From an uncultured Oscillospiraceae bacterium (lineage in GTDB: Bacteria; Bacillota; Clostridia; Christensenellales; CAG-314), in NCBI GenBank assembly GCA_964533825.1, contig CAZHMU010000003.1, positions 90,964 through 154,963 on the forward strand: a stretch of 64,000 bases of DNA, read 5' to 3'. The number at the start of each line of letters is the position of its first letter. The stretch's first letter is position 1. The position numbers and the translations under genes were made by a program. The notes below the pieces were generated by a model, which was not told where the DNA came from, ran no database searches, and worked only from the letters and a program-made list of their open reading frames with translations. Of the stretch, positions 1 through 9,075 are shown one piece after another.

Positions 1-1062
1 ACTGTTATCTACGTTTTTGACAACAAGACTGTCGTCCCAACTGCGAACAAATCCGCCCTTGACATTGACGTTTTGGCAGGATTGAACGGAAATACCGTCG
101 CCATTGCTACGCGCCGTGATGATCTTGAGATTGTCGATATTGACGTCGTTACATTTGTACAATGTTACTGCCCAACCTGCTGGATCCAAAATAGCGATGT
201 CCCTGATAGTGACGTTGCTACAATTTTGTAGCTCGATGGGCAAAGTAAACTCGCTTGCCTTGGTGCGAGAGTACAACTCGCCTGCCAAAATGCCACGGCC
301 ACGGATTGTTAGGTTCTTGACATTGGCTGTGCGGATTTGGCCATACACAACTGCGCCACCTGCAAGGTACACCGTCGTGTCGTCTTCCGCTACGGGCAAT
401 GCGTTTGCCATCCAAACACCAGGGCCAACGTACACGGTTTTTTCTGGAATGTTGTTGGGATCAATTGCATCCTCTTCCAATGGATTTGCAAAAATGTGAA
501 AAGCATTTTTGTACGCTTCGGCCTGTTTGGATGTGGAGTACTCTACCACGTAGTTGTCGGGACAATCGAGTTTGAAGGTGATTTTGTTACCGCTAACTTG
601 TGGTGTGACATTGCGAGCAAGTGGACGAATAACCACGTTGGAAAGGGATGTTTCGCCAAACACTTCGATCTCCACAGTTACACTACCTTCGAAGTCGAAA
701 ATGACAACTTGGTTGTAGTCTTGAGATGGGGTGTAGGTAAAACTACGTGCGTGGTTTACGCGGGTGTCGTACACAAACAGCTCTTTGCCCTCTACCTTGG
801 CGCCTGCAAATGCAGATGTTTCCATAACGCGGGGGCCTTCGTAGGTGACAAGTTTTGTTTGAGTGATAACTGTCGATGATGGAGTTGGGCGGGTTTCCTT
901 TTCGTCACACTTGGTGCAAGTACGAGTGTCAATGCCGTTGCCATCGCTTACCCAATCCGACCAGGTGTGTTCTTCGCAAGGATCGTTGCATGCAACCAAG
1001 CCTACAAGCAGACTTGTGCACAAAACTACCGTCAGTAAAACTATCAAAAATTTCTTGTTCAT
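1..1062 (-). CDS. Secreted lipoprotein with right-handed beta-helix, GH28 (polygalacturonase)-like; its 3' end runs off the window
   Basis: ATG at 1062 is preceded by AGGAGAG. N-terminus MNKKFLIVLLTVVLCTSLLVGLVAC has a lipobox. The frame stays open to position 1. ARSNGDGISVQ...SWDDSLVVKN parallels the NTDG / GDDC motifs of GH28 enzymes and the neighbouring paralog. Absent from the ORF track because it is truncated. Confidence 0.6.
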   Translation of the reverse strand, partial: MNKKFLIVLLTVVLCTSLLVGLVACNDPCEEHTWSDWVSDGNGIDTRTCTKCDEKETRPTPSSTVITQTKLVTYEGPRVMETSAFAGAKVEGKELFVYDTRVNHARSFTYTPSQDYNQVVIFDFEGSVTVEIEVFGETSLSNVVIRPLARNVTPQVSGNKITFKLDCPDNYVVEYSTSKQAEAYKNAFHIFANPLEEDAIDPNNIPEKTVYVGPGVWMANALPVAEDDTTVYLAGGAVVYGQIRTANVKNLTIRGRGILAGELYSRTKASEFTLPIELQNCSNVTIRDIAILDPAGWAVTLYKCNDVNIDNLKIITARSNGDGISVQSCQNVNVKGGFVRSWDDSLVVKNVDNS

Positions 1063-1159
1063 GGTACTCTCCTAAGTAACTTACAAAATGCAATGCGGAG
1101 TATAGTGAGCCACATTATTTTTTATACTAAAATGATAATTTTTTGGGCAAAAAAATAAA

Positions 1160-1204
1160 AGACAATAGAACTGCAAAAAAGGTTGCAATTCTGCTGTCTT
1201 TTTA
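1160..1204. terminator. Bidirectional terminator-like hairpin between the two beta-helix genes
   Basis: agacaatagaactgcaa / ttgcaattctgctgtct pair at 14 of 17 positions, flanked by an A-run (1149-1159) and a T-run (1200-1209). Confidence 0.5.
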
Positions 1205-1246
1205 TTTTTGAGATAATTTTAGGTCAGTTTTGTCCACTTTTTGCGA

Positions 1247-3025
1247 TTACAATACTGTTACTGTTGCGGTATCGGTGTAGCCTGCAAGTTCAACGGCTGT
1301 CCAGCTTTGAGTAACTGTTGCGTAGACGGGACTTGTTCCAACAATAAAGCTTGCATTTGCGTATTCGTTTATGTTTACATAGGCGTAAGTGCTAGTGATA
1401 GGCTTTATTGGGCCCCAAATATTGTCAAAGACAACATTTGTAACATAGTGAACAGATGCGCCATATCCGCTCCTCATATCTCGACTACCTGCAACTCGTA
1501 TGGGCAGGGCAATGTTGCCGTCAAGTACCGACACGTTTTTGACAATTACACCATCGATACTGCCAAGAGCTGTTGTTTTGTGGTTGGTGGACCAAGTGGA
1601 GTTGAACTCGACGGCAATTTCCACAAGTTGGTTGTTGCTACCCGCGTCGCCTCGGCCCATGCTCGCATCTTCTACGGTGATTGTATCGTAGAGTACGTTG
1701 GTGATATTGGCATTGTTGGCATTGTGGATGCTGATGACAGGCTTGTGGAAGTTGTGCAAAACTGTGATGTTGGTAAAACTGATGTTATCCATCACAGCGC
1801 CAACAGTTTCGTAGCCGATTTCCATGCTTTGCGCAAGGTCCGTCCAAATTGTGCAGTTGGAAAAGGATATATCCTGCGTTACTCCCTCTACATTTCGGTC
1901 TGACCACTTGGGGTAGTTTTTGACAACAAGGCTGTCGTCCCAAGTACGCAAAAAGCAGTTTGTAACATCAATGCGTTGACAAGACTGTATGGAGATGCCA
2001 TCGCCATTACTGCGTGATGAGATGATTTTGATGCCGTCAATTTGGCTGTCGGTACAAAAGTACCAATTCACACACCAACCTGCTGGGTCCAAAACGGAAA
2101 AATCCAACAGCTTGACACCAAAACAGTAGTTGAAGTCCAATGGAACAGTAACCTTGCCAGTTGTGGGGTTGCGTTCAAATGTGGAGCCATCAATTATGCC
2201 TGTGCCACAAATTGCAATGTTAGAGGCGTTGTTTGCAACAAATCTTGCACGCACTACTGCGCCATCTTGCAAAACCACCTTTGTATTGGAGCTGAGCGTT
2301 ACCGTGTTGTTGACAATATTTGGGTTGTTTGCCGACGTGTGCACACCCTTGGGGAAGGTGATTACAGTCTGGTAGTTGTCTGCGGATGCATCCATCTTGT
2401 CGAAGGTGGATACAAACAAAAATACCGCTTTAGTTGCGTCGCCATTGGGCTCGATGCTGTAGTTGCCTGCACTACTGATAGTAAAGGTTGCAACACCATC
2501 CTGTACTGTTGCTTTGATACCGCTAGCAAGTGGACGCACAACACAACTTTGCATTTCGGCACAAGTAAACTTAACCTGCGTTTTGCCCTCCAAAAAGAAG
2601 TAGCCAACACCCATGTCGTCACGATTGGTGGGGTTTGCCACCCATTTGTGACTGTTGTTTACCTTGACATTGTACAAGGGTAGGTTTGTGCCATCAAGTT
2701 GAACTGTGCTTGAAGTGTACAATGGCACGTTGCTTGGTGGAGCGGTAAAGGACACTTTGCTTTGTTTTAGTTGAGGCTCGTCCTTTGGTGGAACGTAGCC
2801 TGGAGTGGGTTGAACTTGTGTTGTTTCGCACTTGGTGCAATAGCGATGATCGGTACCTTGACCGTCACTTGCCCAATCAGTCCAATCGTGGTCACACTCG
2901 GATGGTCGACAAGACACAAGCATACAGCACACAATCAACAAACCCAACAAAATCAATATGCATTTCTTCGTAGATACCACCTCCGTTACAAGATTATACA
3001 TCATTTTACTAGACAAGCCCGCCAT
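1247..3025 (-). CDS. Secreted lipoprotein, right-handed beta-helix GH28-like (paralog of 1..1062)
   Basis: 592-aa ORF. Signal/lipobox LLIVCCMLVSC. SRSNGDGISIQ...TWDDSLVVKNY...QSMEIG resembles the NTDG / GDDC / GHG motifs of GH28. Start is uncertain (3025, 3004 or 3001), with no clear SD. Confidence 0.65.
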   Translation of the reverse strand: MAGLSSKMMYNLVTEVVSTKKCILILLGLLIVCCMLVSCRPSECDHDWTDWASDGQGTDHRYCTKCETTQVQPTPGYVPPKDEPQLKQSKVSFTAPPSNVPLYTSSTVQLDGTNLPLYNVKVNNSHKWVANPTNRDDMGVGYFFLEGKTQVKFTCAEMQSCVVRPLASGIKATVQDGVATFTISSAGNYSIEPNGDATKAVFLFVSTFDKMDASADNYQTVITFPKGVHTSANNPNIVNNTVTLSSNTKVVLQDGAVVRARFVANNASNIAICGTGIIDGSTFERNPTTGKVTVPLDFNYCFGVKLLDFSVLDPAGWCVNWYFCTDSQIDGIKIISSRSNGDGISIQSCQRIDVTNCFLRTWDDSLVVKNYPKWSDRNVEGVTQDISFSNCTIWTDLAQSMEIGYETVGAVMDNISFTNITVLHNFHKPVISIHNANNANITNVLYDTITVEDASMGRGDAGSNNQLVEIAVEFNSTWSTNHKTTALGSIDGVIVKNVSVLDGNIALPIRVAGSRDMRSGYGASVHYVTNVVFDNIWGPIKPITSTYAYVNINEYANASFIVGTSPVYATVTQSWTAVELAGYTDTATVTVL

Positions 3026-3165
3026 TTGTCAACACCAAGAAATTGCAAAAAATATTGAAATATCTGCCCAAAATGACATTTTGCGCCAGTCATTGCCAAT
3101 AGCCAGCTTGCCTGTGTATTGTTAACATGTCACAGGTTTTGGCAAAGGCACAAAAAAAATACTAA

Positions 3166-3795
3166 AGGAGGGGTAAATGTGACAAGCGCAGAGAACACAA
3201 GGATGCTATTGAACTATACGTAGTTAATTGTGTTTGTGATTTTCTAAGCGACCCTGCAAATGTAGAAGTTGCTGCTACTGACGTTTTGAACTACTATGAA
3301 AAAAGGACTGACGTCAGCAACCTGAAGTCAATCCAAACGAAAATAGCTAATGCGCAAAGAGAGGTTGAAGCACTTGCTGATTCTTTTGTAAAAGCGAAGA
3401 GCAGGCTTCTTCAAGAGACCATCGAAAAGAAGATGGAAGAGTACGAGATTCTTCTTAACGATTTGAAATATCAAGAAGCACTACTTGAACTTGAGCGTGG
3501 CTACAAAATAACTAAAAAGGACATAATTGACTTTGTAGCAGAGTGGCTAAAAGGAGATAGAAACGACAAGGACTACCAACAAAAAATTGTAGATAACTTG
3601 GTTAGTCAAGTGTTTGTCAGCGATGACCATACTGTAGTTTACTTTAATATAAAGGGTGGAAAAACCATAGATTTAGTTGATCTTGACGACACAAACACCG
3701 TTCTAAAAACCAGCTTGGATTTTAGAATGCAAACATCGACATTCCTCCAACAAACCTATGCCTTTGGGTATAGGTTTTTATTTTTGATTACTTGA
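3166..3795 (+). pseudogene. 3' fragment of a large serine recombinase gene (zinc-ribbon / coiled-coil C-terminal part only)
   Basis: Open frame from the TAA at 3163 to the stop at 3793-3795. GKCDKRREHKDAIELYVVNCVCDFL... is followed by a long coiled-coil segment and ...VSQVFVSDDHTVVYFNIKGG, typical of the C-terminal half of large serine recombinases. No resolvase catalytic domain lies upstream. Confidence 0.5.
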
Positions 3796-3907
3796 GGGGT
3801 GAGAACCCTTGGGTCGGCGCTTGCATCAACCAAGGGGACCCCTTTAGGGGTTTCGGTTGTATCCCTCCACTTCTGCCAATGGTTGGCAATCCCGTATAGT
3901 CGCAAAG

Positions 3908-3944
3908 AAAGCAGTTCACTAAATGTGGACTGCTTTTTGTTTTG
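3908..3944 (+). terminator. Rho-independent terminator
   Basis: aaagcagt-(13 nt)-actgcttt hairpin followed by tttgtttt. Confidence 0.55.
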
Positions 3945-3950
3945 GATATG

Positions 3951-4033
3951 CAACTATTTTGTTGTTTGATAAACTCAATTATTTTGCTACTTGGCAAACA
4001 CAACTATTTTAATCTTTGCAAACTAATTATTTT
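3951..4033. repeat. Four iteron-like direct repeats CAAYTATTTT at about 25-bp spacing
   Basis: caactatttt at 3951, caattatttt at 3976, caactatttt at 4001, taattatttt at 4024, in a non-coding stretch. Confidence 0.6.
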
Positions 4034-4098
4034 GTTAGAACACAAATTTTATCGTTGGTGCTTGCTTGTTTGTTGCGCAAAATTTGCGTGTCTGGCCC

Positions 4099-4209
4099 CT
4101 ACTCGTCATTATCGCCGAACAGAATTTGGTGGTAGGGGCTGGGAAGGTTTGGATCGTAGGCAGGGGGTGTGTAGTGATAGTAGCTATCCACTTTGAACTT
4201 TTCGTTCAT
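4099..4209 (-). CDS. Possible 36-aa small protein (MNEKFKVDSYYHYTPPAYDPNLPSPYHQILFGDNDE)
   Basis: ATG at 4209 with GGAG 6 nt upstream. It lies 13 nt after, and in frame with, the TGA of the upstream 112-aa ORF. Below the ORF-track size cutoff. Confidence 0.3.
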   Translation of the reverse strand: MNEKFKVDSYYHYTPPAYDPNLPSPYHQILFGDNDE

Positions 4210-4221
4210 CAGCCACTCCGG

Positions 4222-4560
4222 TCACTCACGGATGAGGAACTCGCGCATACTTTCGCACGCTTTGAGGTCATTGGGGTCTTTGAAAAATGGATAGATGCCG
4301 TTTGCAATGCACGTCTCGTTGATTTTTGCAAAGTGCTTGCGGTACTTTTCCCGCACCGCTTCCAAAACTCCCGGTTTTTCGTGATTGGGGATGGCAAGCA
4401 ACTTAAATTCATTTGTTGTGTAGGGGTCCTTGAGAAACTTTACAATAAGAAAGTTGAACAGCATAGTATTTTGGTGTGGGTCAAACATATCAATCAAATC
4501 TTGACGCGCGTTCCACTCGATGCCACGTGTTAGGTAGTCGAGACTGCTGTATTCTGCCAT
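4222..4560 (-). CDS. Hypothetical 112-aa protein
   Basis: ORF with SD AAAGGAG 7 nt upstream of the ATG and a consensus-like promoter upstream. No recognisable domain. Confidence 0.55.
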   Translation of the reverse strand: MAEYSSLDYLTRGIEWNARQDLIDMFDPHQNTMLFNFLIVKFLKDPYTTNEFKLLAIPNHEKPGVLEAVREKYRKHFAKINETCIANGIYPFFKDPNDLKACESMREFLIRE

Positions 4561-4595
4561 AGGTTTGCTCCTTTGCGAAATTGTTTGATGGGTTA

Positions 4596-4624
4596 ATTAT
4601 AACATACAATGCAAGTGGAATCAA
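4596..4624 (-). promoter_or_regulatory. Sigma-70-type promoter for 4222..4560
   Basis: Minus strand reads TTGATT, a 17-nt spacer, then TGtTATAAT (extended -10). Confidence 0.5.
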
Positions 4625-4696
4625 GGTGGAGTGCTGGACTTTTTTGTTATTTTGCAAAATTTGTTTAATGCCGTTGTGGACGATGTTGTAGAAGTG

Positions 4697-4729
4697 CAAA
4701 AAAGAGCTGTGACGACCAAGTCACAGCTC
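4697..4729 (-). terminator. Rho-independent terminator of the zinc-ribbon gene
   Basis: Minus strand: GAGCTGTGAC-ttggtc-GTCACAGCTC followed by TTTTTT. Confidence 0.75.
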
Positions 4730-4747
4730 CTCAAAATATATCCGATA

Positions 4748-5140
4748 TTATCTGTGTCCACCTCGAGGACCGCCTCCACCATGATGTCCGCCACCGCCGT
4801 GAGGTCCACCGAACCCACCTCTTGGATGCATAGGTCCACGGTGCATTCCCATCATATGTCTGCGATGCCCAAGAATTCGTGGTCCAACAAAAGGATTTCT
4901 GCAATACGGATCAAGGAAATATCTGCCGTTATAATAATATAACTGTCTTGTTAATCCCCCCAATAAACTAACGGTAACCAACGTGCCAAGAATCGTACCT
5001 GCTGCAGAAGTAGCACTACCTGAGTTGTTACCTGTGCTATTACTTATTGAAGGCCCACCATTTAAAGCAGTTCCACAATTAGAACAATATGTAGCGCTAC
5101 TTTCTACGCTATTACCACAATTAGAACAATAATTAGCCAT
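4748..5140 (-). CDS. Zinc-ribbon protein with one TM helix and a Gly/His/Pro/Arg-rich tail
   Basis: N-terminal CSNCG...CSNCG double CxxC, a hydrophobic segment ILGTLVTVSLLGGL, and tail GGFGGPHGGGGHHGGGGPRGGHR. Confidence 0.6.
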   Translation of the reverse strand: MANYCSNCGNSVESSATYCSNCGTALNGGPSISNSTGNNSGSATSAAGTILGTLVTVSLLGGLTRQLYYYNGRYFLDPYCRNPFVGPRILGHRRHMMGMHRGPMHPRGGFGGPHGGGGHHGGGGPRGGHR

Positions 5141-5346
5141 TTTTACACCTCAATTCTATTTTAGAATAACATACTTGTGCGATAAAAAAATGTACTTTTT
5201 AAGAATTTTCTATCCTTATACAACTTTTTTCTCAAATATACAACTTTTTCCTTAAACGTACCTTTAATATTCTTTCAAATTGTGTTTAATTGTATAAATT
5301 GAGAGGACATAAGCCCATGGCCGTTAAGCCATAGCTCTTATAATAT

Positions 5347-5934
5347 TATTAAGTTCATTCAAGCCTGTGCGTATATTGTGCGTCGCAGGCTCTTTTTTAT
5401 TGGGTTGTATCTTATAACAAGCCGCCGGGGATGACGAACTCGAAACTCGCGCTTTCGCCTGCGATGATGTATTCGAGCGAGGCGGTTTTATCCACGTTCT
5501 CAAGGATGAACTCGGAGAGTCCTTCTCCACTCGGAGTGACCTGACCGACGATCTTGCCGTCAAAGACGACGTAGAAGGCGAAGTTGCCTCCGTTAATCTT
5601 GAAGTTGCCGAGCATTACGTGAATGTCCGAGCCCCTGAAAAGCGTCGTGGTGTAAAGCAGATAAACGCCCGTAAATTTGCTTGATGAATACTTCACGCCA
5701 TCGGAGAGCGCAAAGTCGCCGAAATTGAAGCTCAGCTGGCTTTCGCTGATGGAACCGCGAGTACCCATATTCAGCGATACGACGTTATCTTCCGTGATCT
5801 GTTGCAGGGAGTAGTCATCCGCACCGTTGGTATCCTCGATATGATCGGGGAGCGTGCAGCCCGTGAGCACAAGCATAAGGCATATAACGATACAACCAAT
5901 AGTAATTAGTGTTTTTTTCATAGAATTTTCTCCG
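5347..5934. repeat. 588-bp direct repeat, copy A (pairs with 8258..8845)
   Basis: Base-by-base comparison shows 5 mismatches, all within the last ~90 bp (signal-peptide end of the gene). The offset is exactly 2911 bp. Confidence 0.95.
5412..5921 (-). CDS. 169-aa lipoprotein, copy A
   Basis: MKKTLITIGCIVICLMLVLTGC lipobox. SD GGAGAAAATTCTATG. Confidence 0.7.
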   Translation of the reverse strand: MKKTLITIGCIVICLMLVLTGCTLPDHIEDTNGADDYSLQQITEDNVVSLNMGTRGSISESQLSFNFGDFALSDGVKYSSSKFTGVYLLYTTTLFRGSDIHVMLGNFKINGGNFAFYVVFDGKIVGQVTPSGEGLSEFILENVDKTASLEYIIAGESASFEFVIPGGLL

Positions 5935-5936
5935 TT

Positions 5937-6041
5937 TTAATCGAACTCGGTTACGGTTTCGTTACCATCGGAATAGGTGTAAGTTCCTTTAGAGTGGTGC
6001 ATTTTGTCCGTTGTATATACGATTTTGTGATCGTCGCGGTA
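5937..6041 (-). pseudogene. Relic of a YD-repeat protein C-terminus
   Basis: Translates to ...KGTYTYSDGNETVTEFD*, versus ...KETYTDSEGGETVTEYN* at the end of 10579..12606. The stop-to-next-ATG spacer (ttaaaacggagaaaattctATG) is the same as at 10563-10581. Confidence 0.5.
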
Positions 6042-8219
6042 TTATTCAACGGTAAGATATACGTAGCTTTGCGCAAGTCCGTCTTTCGTTACAAGATAAC
6101 ACATCATACGGTAAGTGCCTTTTCCGAGGGATGCGCCCTCATCAACCGCTTCACCGCTGGAATATTCAAGCACCGCACCGTGGTAGGGTGCACCGTAGGA
6201 AAGAATCTCAATCATTATGATTTTCTTGATCTCGTCGTAGGAATAAGCCGACTTGATCGCGGTAATGGTTATGTCGTGCTTGTTTTTAATTTCGTACTTG
6301 ATGATCAGATTGCTGTCCTGTTCGATCGCTTCAACGTGCATTGCACTGGATTCGATCTCGCCCTCCTGAATGGTCAGGAAAGCGATCTTCTGTATTTCAC
6401 TTACTCGGATACCCTCATCCTTCGTAGCTATATACACGACTGCCGCGTAATTTCCGCTATCAAGGCTCTTCGGAATCTGGTAGGTACCGCTTGTCTGAAG
6501 CGCGATAGAACCGCCGTTGAATATTACGGGGGTTGGGTCTGTGCCGTCAAGCGCTACCGTATTGACGCTGATCGGGTTTCCGTTCTCATCCAGCAGAGAA
6601 AGACCTACCTTGAGAACGTACTCCTTGCCTTCCTCAAAGAGAGCGACGTCGCTGGTTGATACCGAAACGCCGGAGAGGGTCACTTCGGTGCCGTCGAAAG
6701 TATTGTTGCCGTTAGCGGCAGCCTGAAGTGCCGCAAAATGAGCATTCTTGGAAAGCGTTTGCTTGGTGTCTGAGGTTTCGAAGCTCTTAACCGCCTCGTA
6801 ATCCGCCATCGCTTTATCATATTGCTCCTGCAGAACGGCCTTTGCGGCTTTAATGTTTTCCGCACTTGACATTTTGTAGCCGTTCCACTCAAAGCTTTCG
6901 GTAAAGTTATTCATAAACAAGGCTGCGTGCTCAACCGAGGCTGCGACCGTATCCATATCGCAGTAGAGCTGAAGACCCAGTGAATTTGCAAAGGTTCCAA
7001 ACTCCTCGCAAGCGGCGTCAAGAGTCATTTGCGGATTAATCATAGTAAAGTCGACAGATCCAAAGTATATTTGCTCCCCAAAGAAATATTGCACGTATCC
7101 CGACGTAAACGCAAATTGATTTTCGGGTAGGTCGTCGGTAATTGCTGTATAAACGCCGTTTTTCGTGGTCAGCGACGACAGCGCGTAGGTCTGGTATATG
7201 CCATCATACTCGTAGCAGTCAGATTCGTTTGCCGACACGGAAACGAAACCGTTCTTTATCGCGGAAATGTAAAGGTCAAAGGTGTACCGCCAGCCATCGT
7301 CACTTATCGCAAACAACTCCCGATTGTTCACGGGATCAAAGACCTTGTAGTCCGAATTGTAAATTAAGTCCCCTTCACCGTTGTTATGAATACTTACTTC
7401 TCCGCCAAATCCCAAGCCGTCCTTGATAATATATGAGAAGAAATTGGCGCCTGTGGTATTCGATTCATTATCTATAAAAACGTCAAAGCGAGTACTTACC
7501 CAGTAGCCGCGGGAGTTTTCCGCGATAAAATAGTCTGTAAGATCCCCGGAATCATCCGAAAGCGTATACATATATTCATAACGCTCACCGGGAACAAGCA
7601 GGAATTTAATCTGGGAATATCCATCCTCGGAGGTCGAACATCGGTATATTTCGTAAACGTTTTTCGCATTGTCATCGGTATAGCGGTAGTAAACGTTAAT
7701 ACCACCTAGATCGTCTAAATAGAACAGCACGTCACTGTTCTCATAAACACGAAGCATCATCGATGACCTACTGAAATTTACCCATTTATCGGTAACACCC
7801 ACGTCGTTTTTCATAAGCGCAATAGCCGAGGCAGCATTGCTTGCCCGATTTTCGATTTCCCCCATAAACTGCGTACTCTCGTCCATAGAGATAGAACCCG
7901 AGGAGAAGCTTGACCAGGTTTTGCGCGATGTGGATGAGGTAGCTACAACACTCGAAGATTTAGAAGAATAATAAGACATAAGCGACGCGGTTGGTGATTT
8001 CTCCTGAGAGCTATACGCTGAGCTTTGAGCGTCGCTGTTCATTCCTATGTCAATTTTCGCACTAATAAGATTTTCATCAAGGCGCTCGTTAGCCAAAAGC
8101 AGCTTTGCGGCTTCGGTGCCGGAATCAATTCTTTTCTTGAATAAATTACAGCTTGCCATAGAAAGCAGGACCGAGCAAAGCATGCATACTGCCAGTAAGA
8201 CCGATATAAATTTTTTCAT
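6042..8219 (-). CDS. 725-aa secreted lipoprotein, unknown function
   Basis: MKKFISVLLAVCMLCSVLLSMASC lipobox, followed by a Ser-rich linker and then a long soluble region. Confidence 0.7.
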   Translation of the reverse strand: MKKFISVLLAVCMLCSVLLSMASCNLFKKRIDSGTEAAKLLLANERLDENLISAKIDIGMNSDAQSSAYSSQEKSPTASLMSYYSSKSSSVVATSSTSRKTWSSFSSGSISMDESTQFMGEIENRASNAASAIALMKNDVGVTDKWVNFSRSSMMLRVYENSDVLFYLDDLGGINVYYRYTDDNAKNVYEIYRCSTSEDGYSQIKFLLVPGERYEYMYTLSDDSGDLTDYFIAENSRGYWVSTRFDVFIDNESNTTGANFFSYIIKDGLGFGGEVSIHNNGEGDLIYNSDYKVFDPVNNRELFAISDDGWRYTFDLYISAIKNGFVSVSANESDCYEYDGIYQTYALSSLTTKNGVYTAITDDLPENQFAFTSGYVQYFFGEQIYFGSVDFTMINPQMTLDAACEEFGTFANSLGLQLYCDMDTVAASVEHAALFMNNFTESFEWNGYKMSSAENIKAAKAVLQEQYDKAMADYEAVKSFETSDTKQTLSKNAHFAALQAAANGNNTFDGTEVTLSGVSVSTSDVALFEEGKEYVLKVGLSLLDENGNPISVNTVALDGTDPTPVIFNGGSIALQTSGTYQIPKSLDSGNYAAVVYIATKDEGIRVSEIQKIAFLTIQEGEIESSAMHVEAIEQDSNLIIKYEIKNKHDITITAIKSAYSYDEIKKIIMIEILSYGAPYHGAVLEYSSGEAVDEGASLGKGTYRMMCYLVTKDGLAQSYVYLTVE

Positions 8220-8257
8220 AATAGTTATCCTTCCTTATGGGGGTATTGTTCTTACAG

Positions 8258-8845
8258 TATTAAGTTCATTCAAGCCTGTGCGTATATTGTGCGTCGCAGG
8301 CTCTTTTTTATTGGGTTGTATCTTATAACAAGCCGCCGGGGATGACGAACTCGAAACTCGCGCTTTCGCCTGCGATGATGTATTCGAGCGAGGCGGTTTT
8401 ATCCACGTTCTCAAGGATGAACTCGGAGAGTCCTTCTCCACTCGGAGTGACCTGACCGACGATCTTGCCGTCAAAGACGACGTAGAAGGCGAAGTTGCCT
8501 CCGTTAATCTTGAAGTTGCCGAGCATTACGTGAATGTCCGAGCCCCTGAAAAGCGTCGTGGTGTAAAGCAGATAAACGCCCGTAAATTTGCTTGATGAAT
8601 ACTTCACGCCATCGGAGAGCGCAAAGTCGCCGAAATTGAAGCTCAGCTGGCTTTCGCTGATGGAACCGCGAGTACCCATATTCAGCGATACGACGTTATC
8701 TTCCGTGATCTGTTGCAGGGAGTAGTCATCCGCACCGTTGGTATCCTCGATATGATCGAGAGGCGTGCAGCCCGTGAGCACAAGCATAAGGCATATAGCG
8801 ATACAACAAATAGTAATTAGTGTTTTTTTCATAGAATTTTCTCCT
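8258..8845. repeat. 588-bp direct repeat, copy B
   Basis: See copy A. Confidence 0.95.
8323..8832 (-). CDS. 169-aa lipoprotein, copy B
   Basis: The track ORF 8323..9000 was trimmed to the ATG at 8832 (MKKTLITICCIAICLMLVLTGC). It has the same SD as copy A and is identical to copy A over the mature protein except around the lipobox. Confidence 0.7.
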   Translation of the reverse strand: MKKTLITICCIAICLMLVLTGCTPLDHIEDTNGADDYSLQQITEDNVVSLNMGTRGSISESQLSFNFGDFALSDGVKYSSSKFTGVYLLYTTTLFRGSDIHVMLGNFKINGGNFAFYVVFDGKIVGQVTPSGEGLSEFILENVDKTASLEYIIAGESASFEFVIPGGLL

Positions 8846-9075
8846 TTTTTAGTAATCGTTTGGGGCGGTGGGCTACGTTTTTGTTCGTAGCCTACCGCAA
8901 GATTGTCAGTTAAGGGTCTGTGCGTACTTTGTGCTTGTACTCCTTGTGAGCTAAAAGCTTTTGCACTATGCGCCATGTTGTGATAAATCGCAACGCTCAC
9001 GGAGCAATCGGCACTCGCGTACCCCCAAGCGAGCTTTTAGATACGCTTCGTTTGATTATCTACAGGCTCTTTTAC

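Noticed and set aside
3026-3285. Duplicated tRNA-Thr 3' segment (att site) at the far end of the putative island
   Set aside because: No match to ggaatcgaacc or the acceptor arm was found by eye near the recombinase relic, so island boundaries are left undefined.
4099-4560. Possible TGA read-through or recoding. The TGA at 4222-4224 is followed in frame by 40 more sense codons.
   Set aside because: All conserved genes in the window are intact under the standard code. The downstream segment also has its own GGAG plus ATG (4209), so two separate ORFs or plain chance is the simpler explanation.
5350-5411. Hairpin agcctgtgcg...cgcaggct plus T-run downstream of both 169-aa lipoprotein genes, considered as their terminator
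   Set aside because: The T-run follows the stem only on the plus strand, while the genes are on the minus strand. The stem is also short and imperfect, so I did not call it as a feature. It is part of the 588-bp repeat.
8833-9000. N-terminal extensions of track ORFs (8323..9000, 32416..33438, 27055..28359, 28374..29012, 40486..42045, 43371..43922, 63108..63980, 16297..16569, 50092..50367)
   Set aside because: The internal starts give canonical N-termini (signal peptides, family-typical first residues), usually with an SD. The extensions run through promoters, terminators, repeats or the upstream gene.
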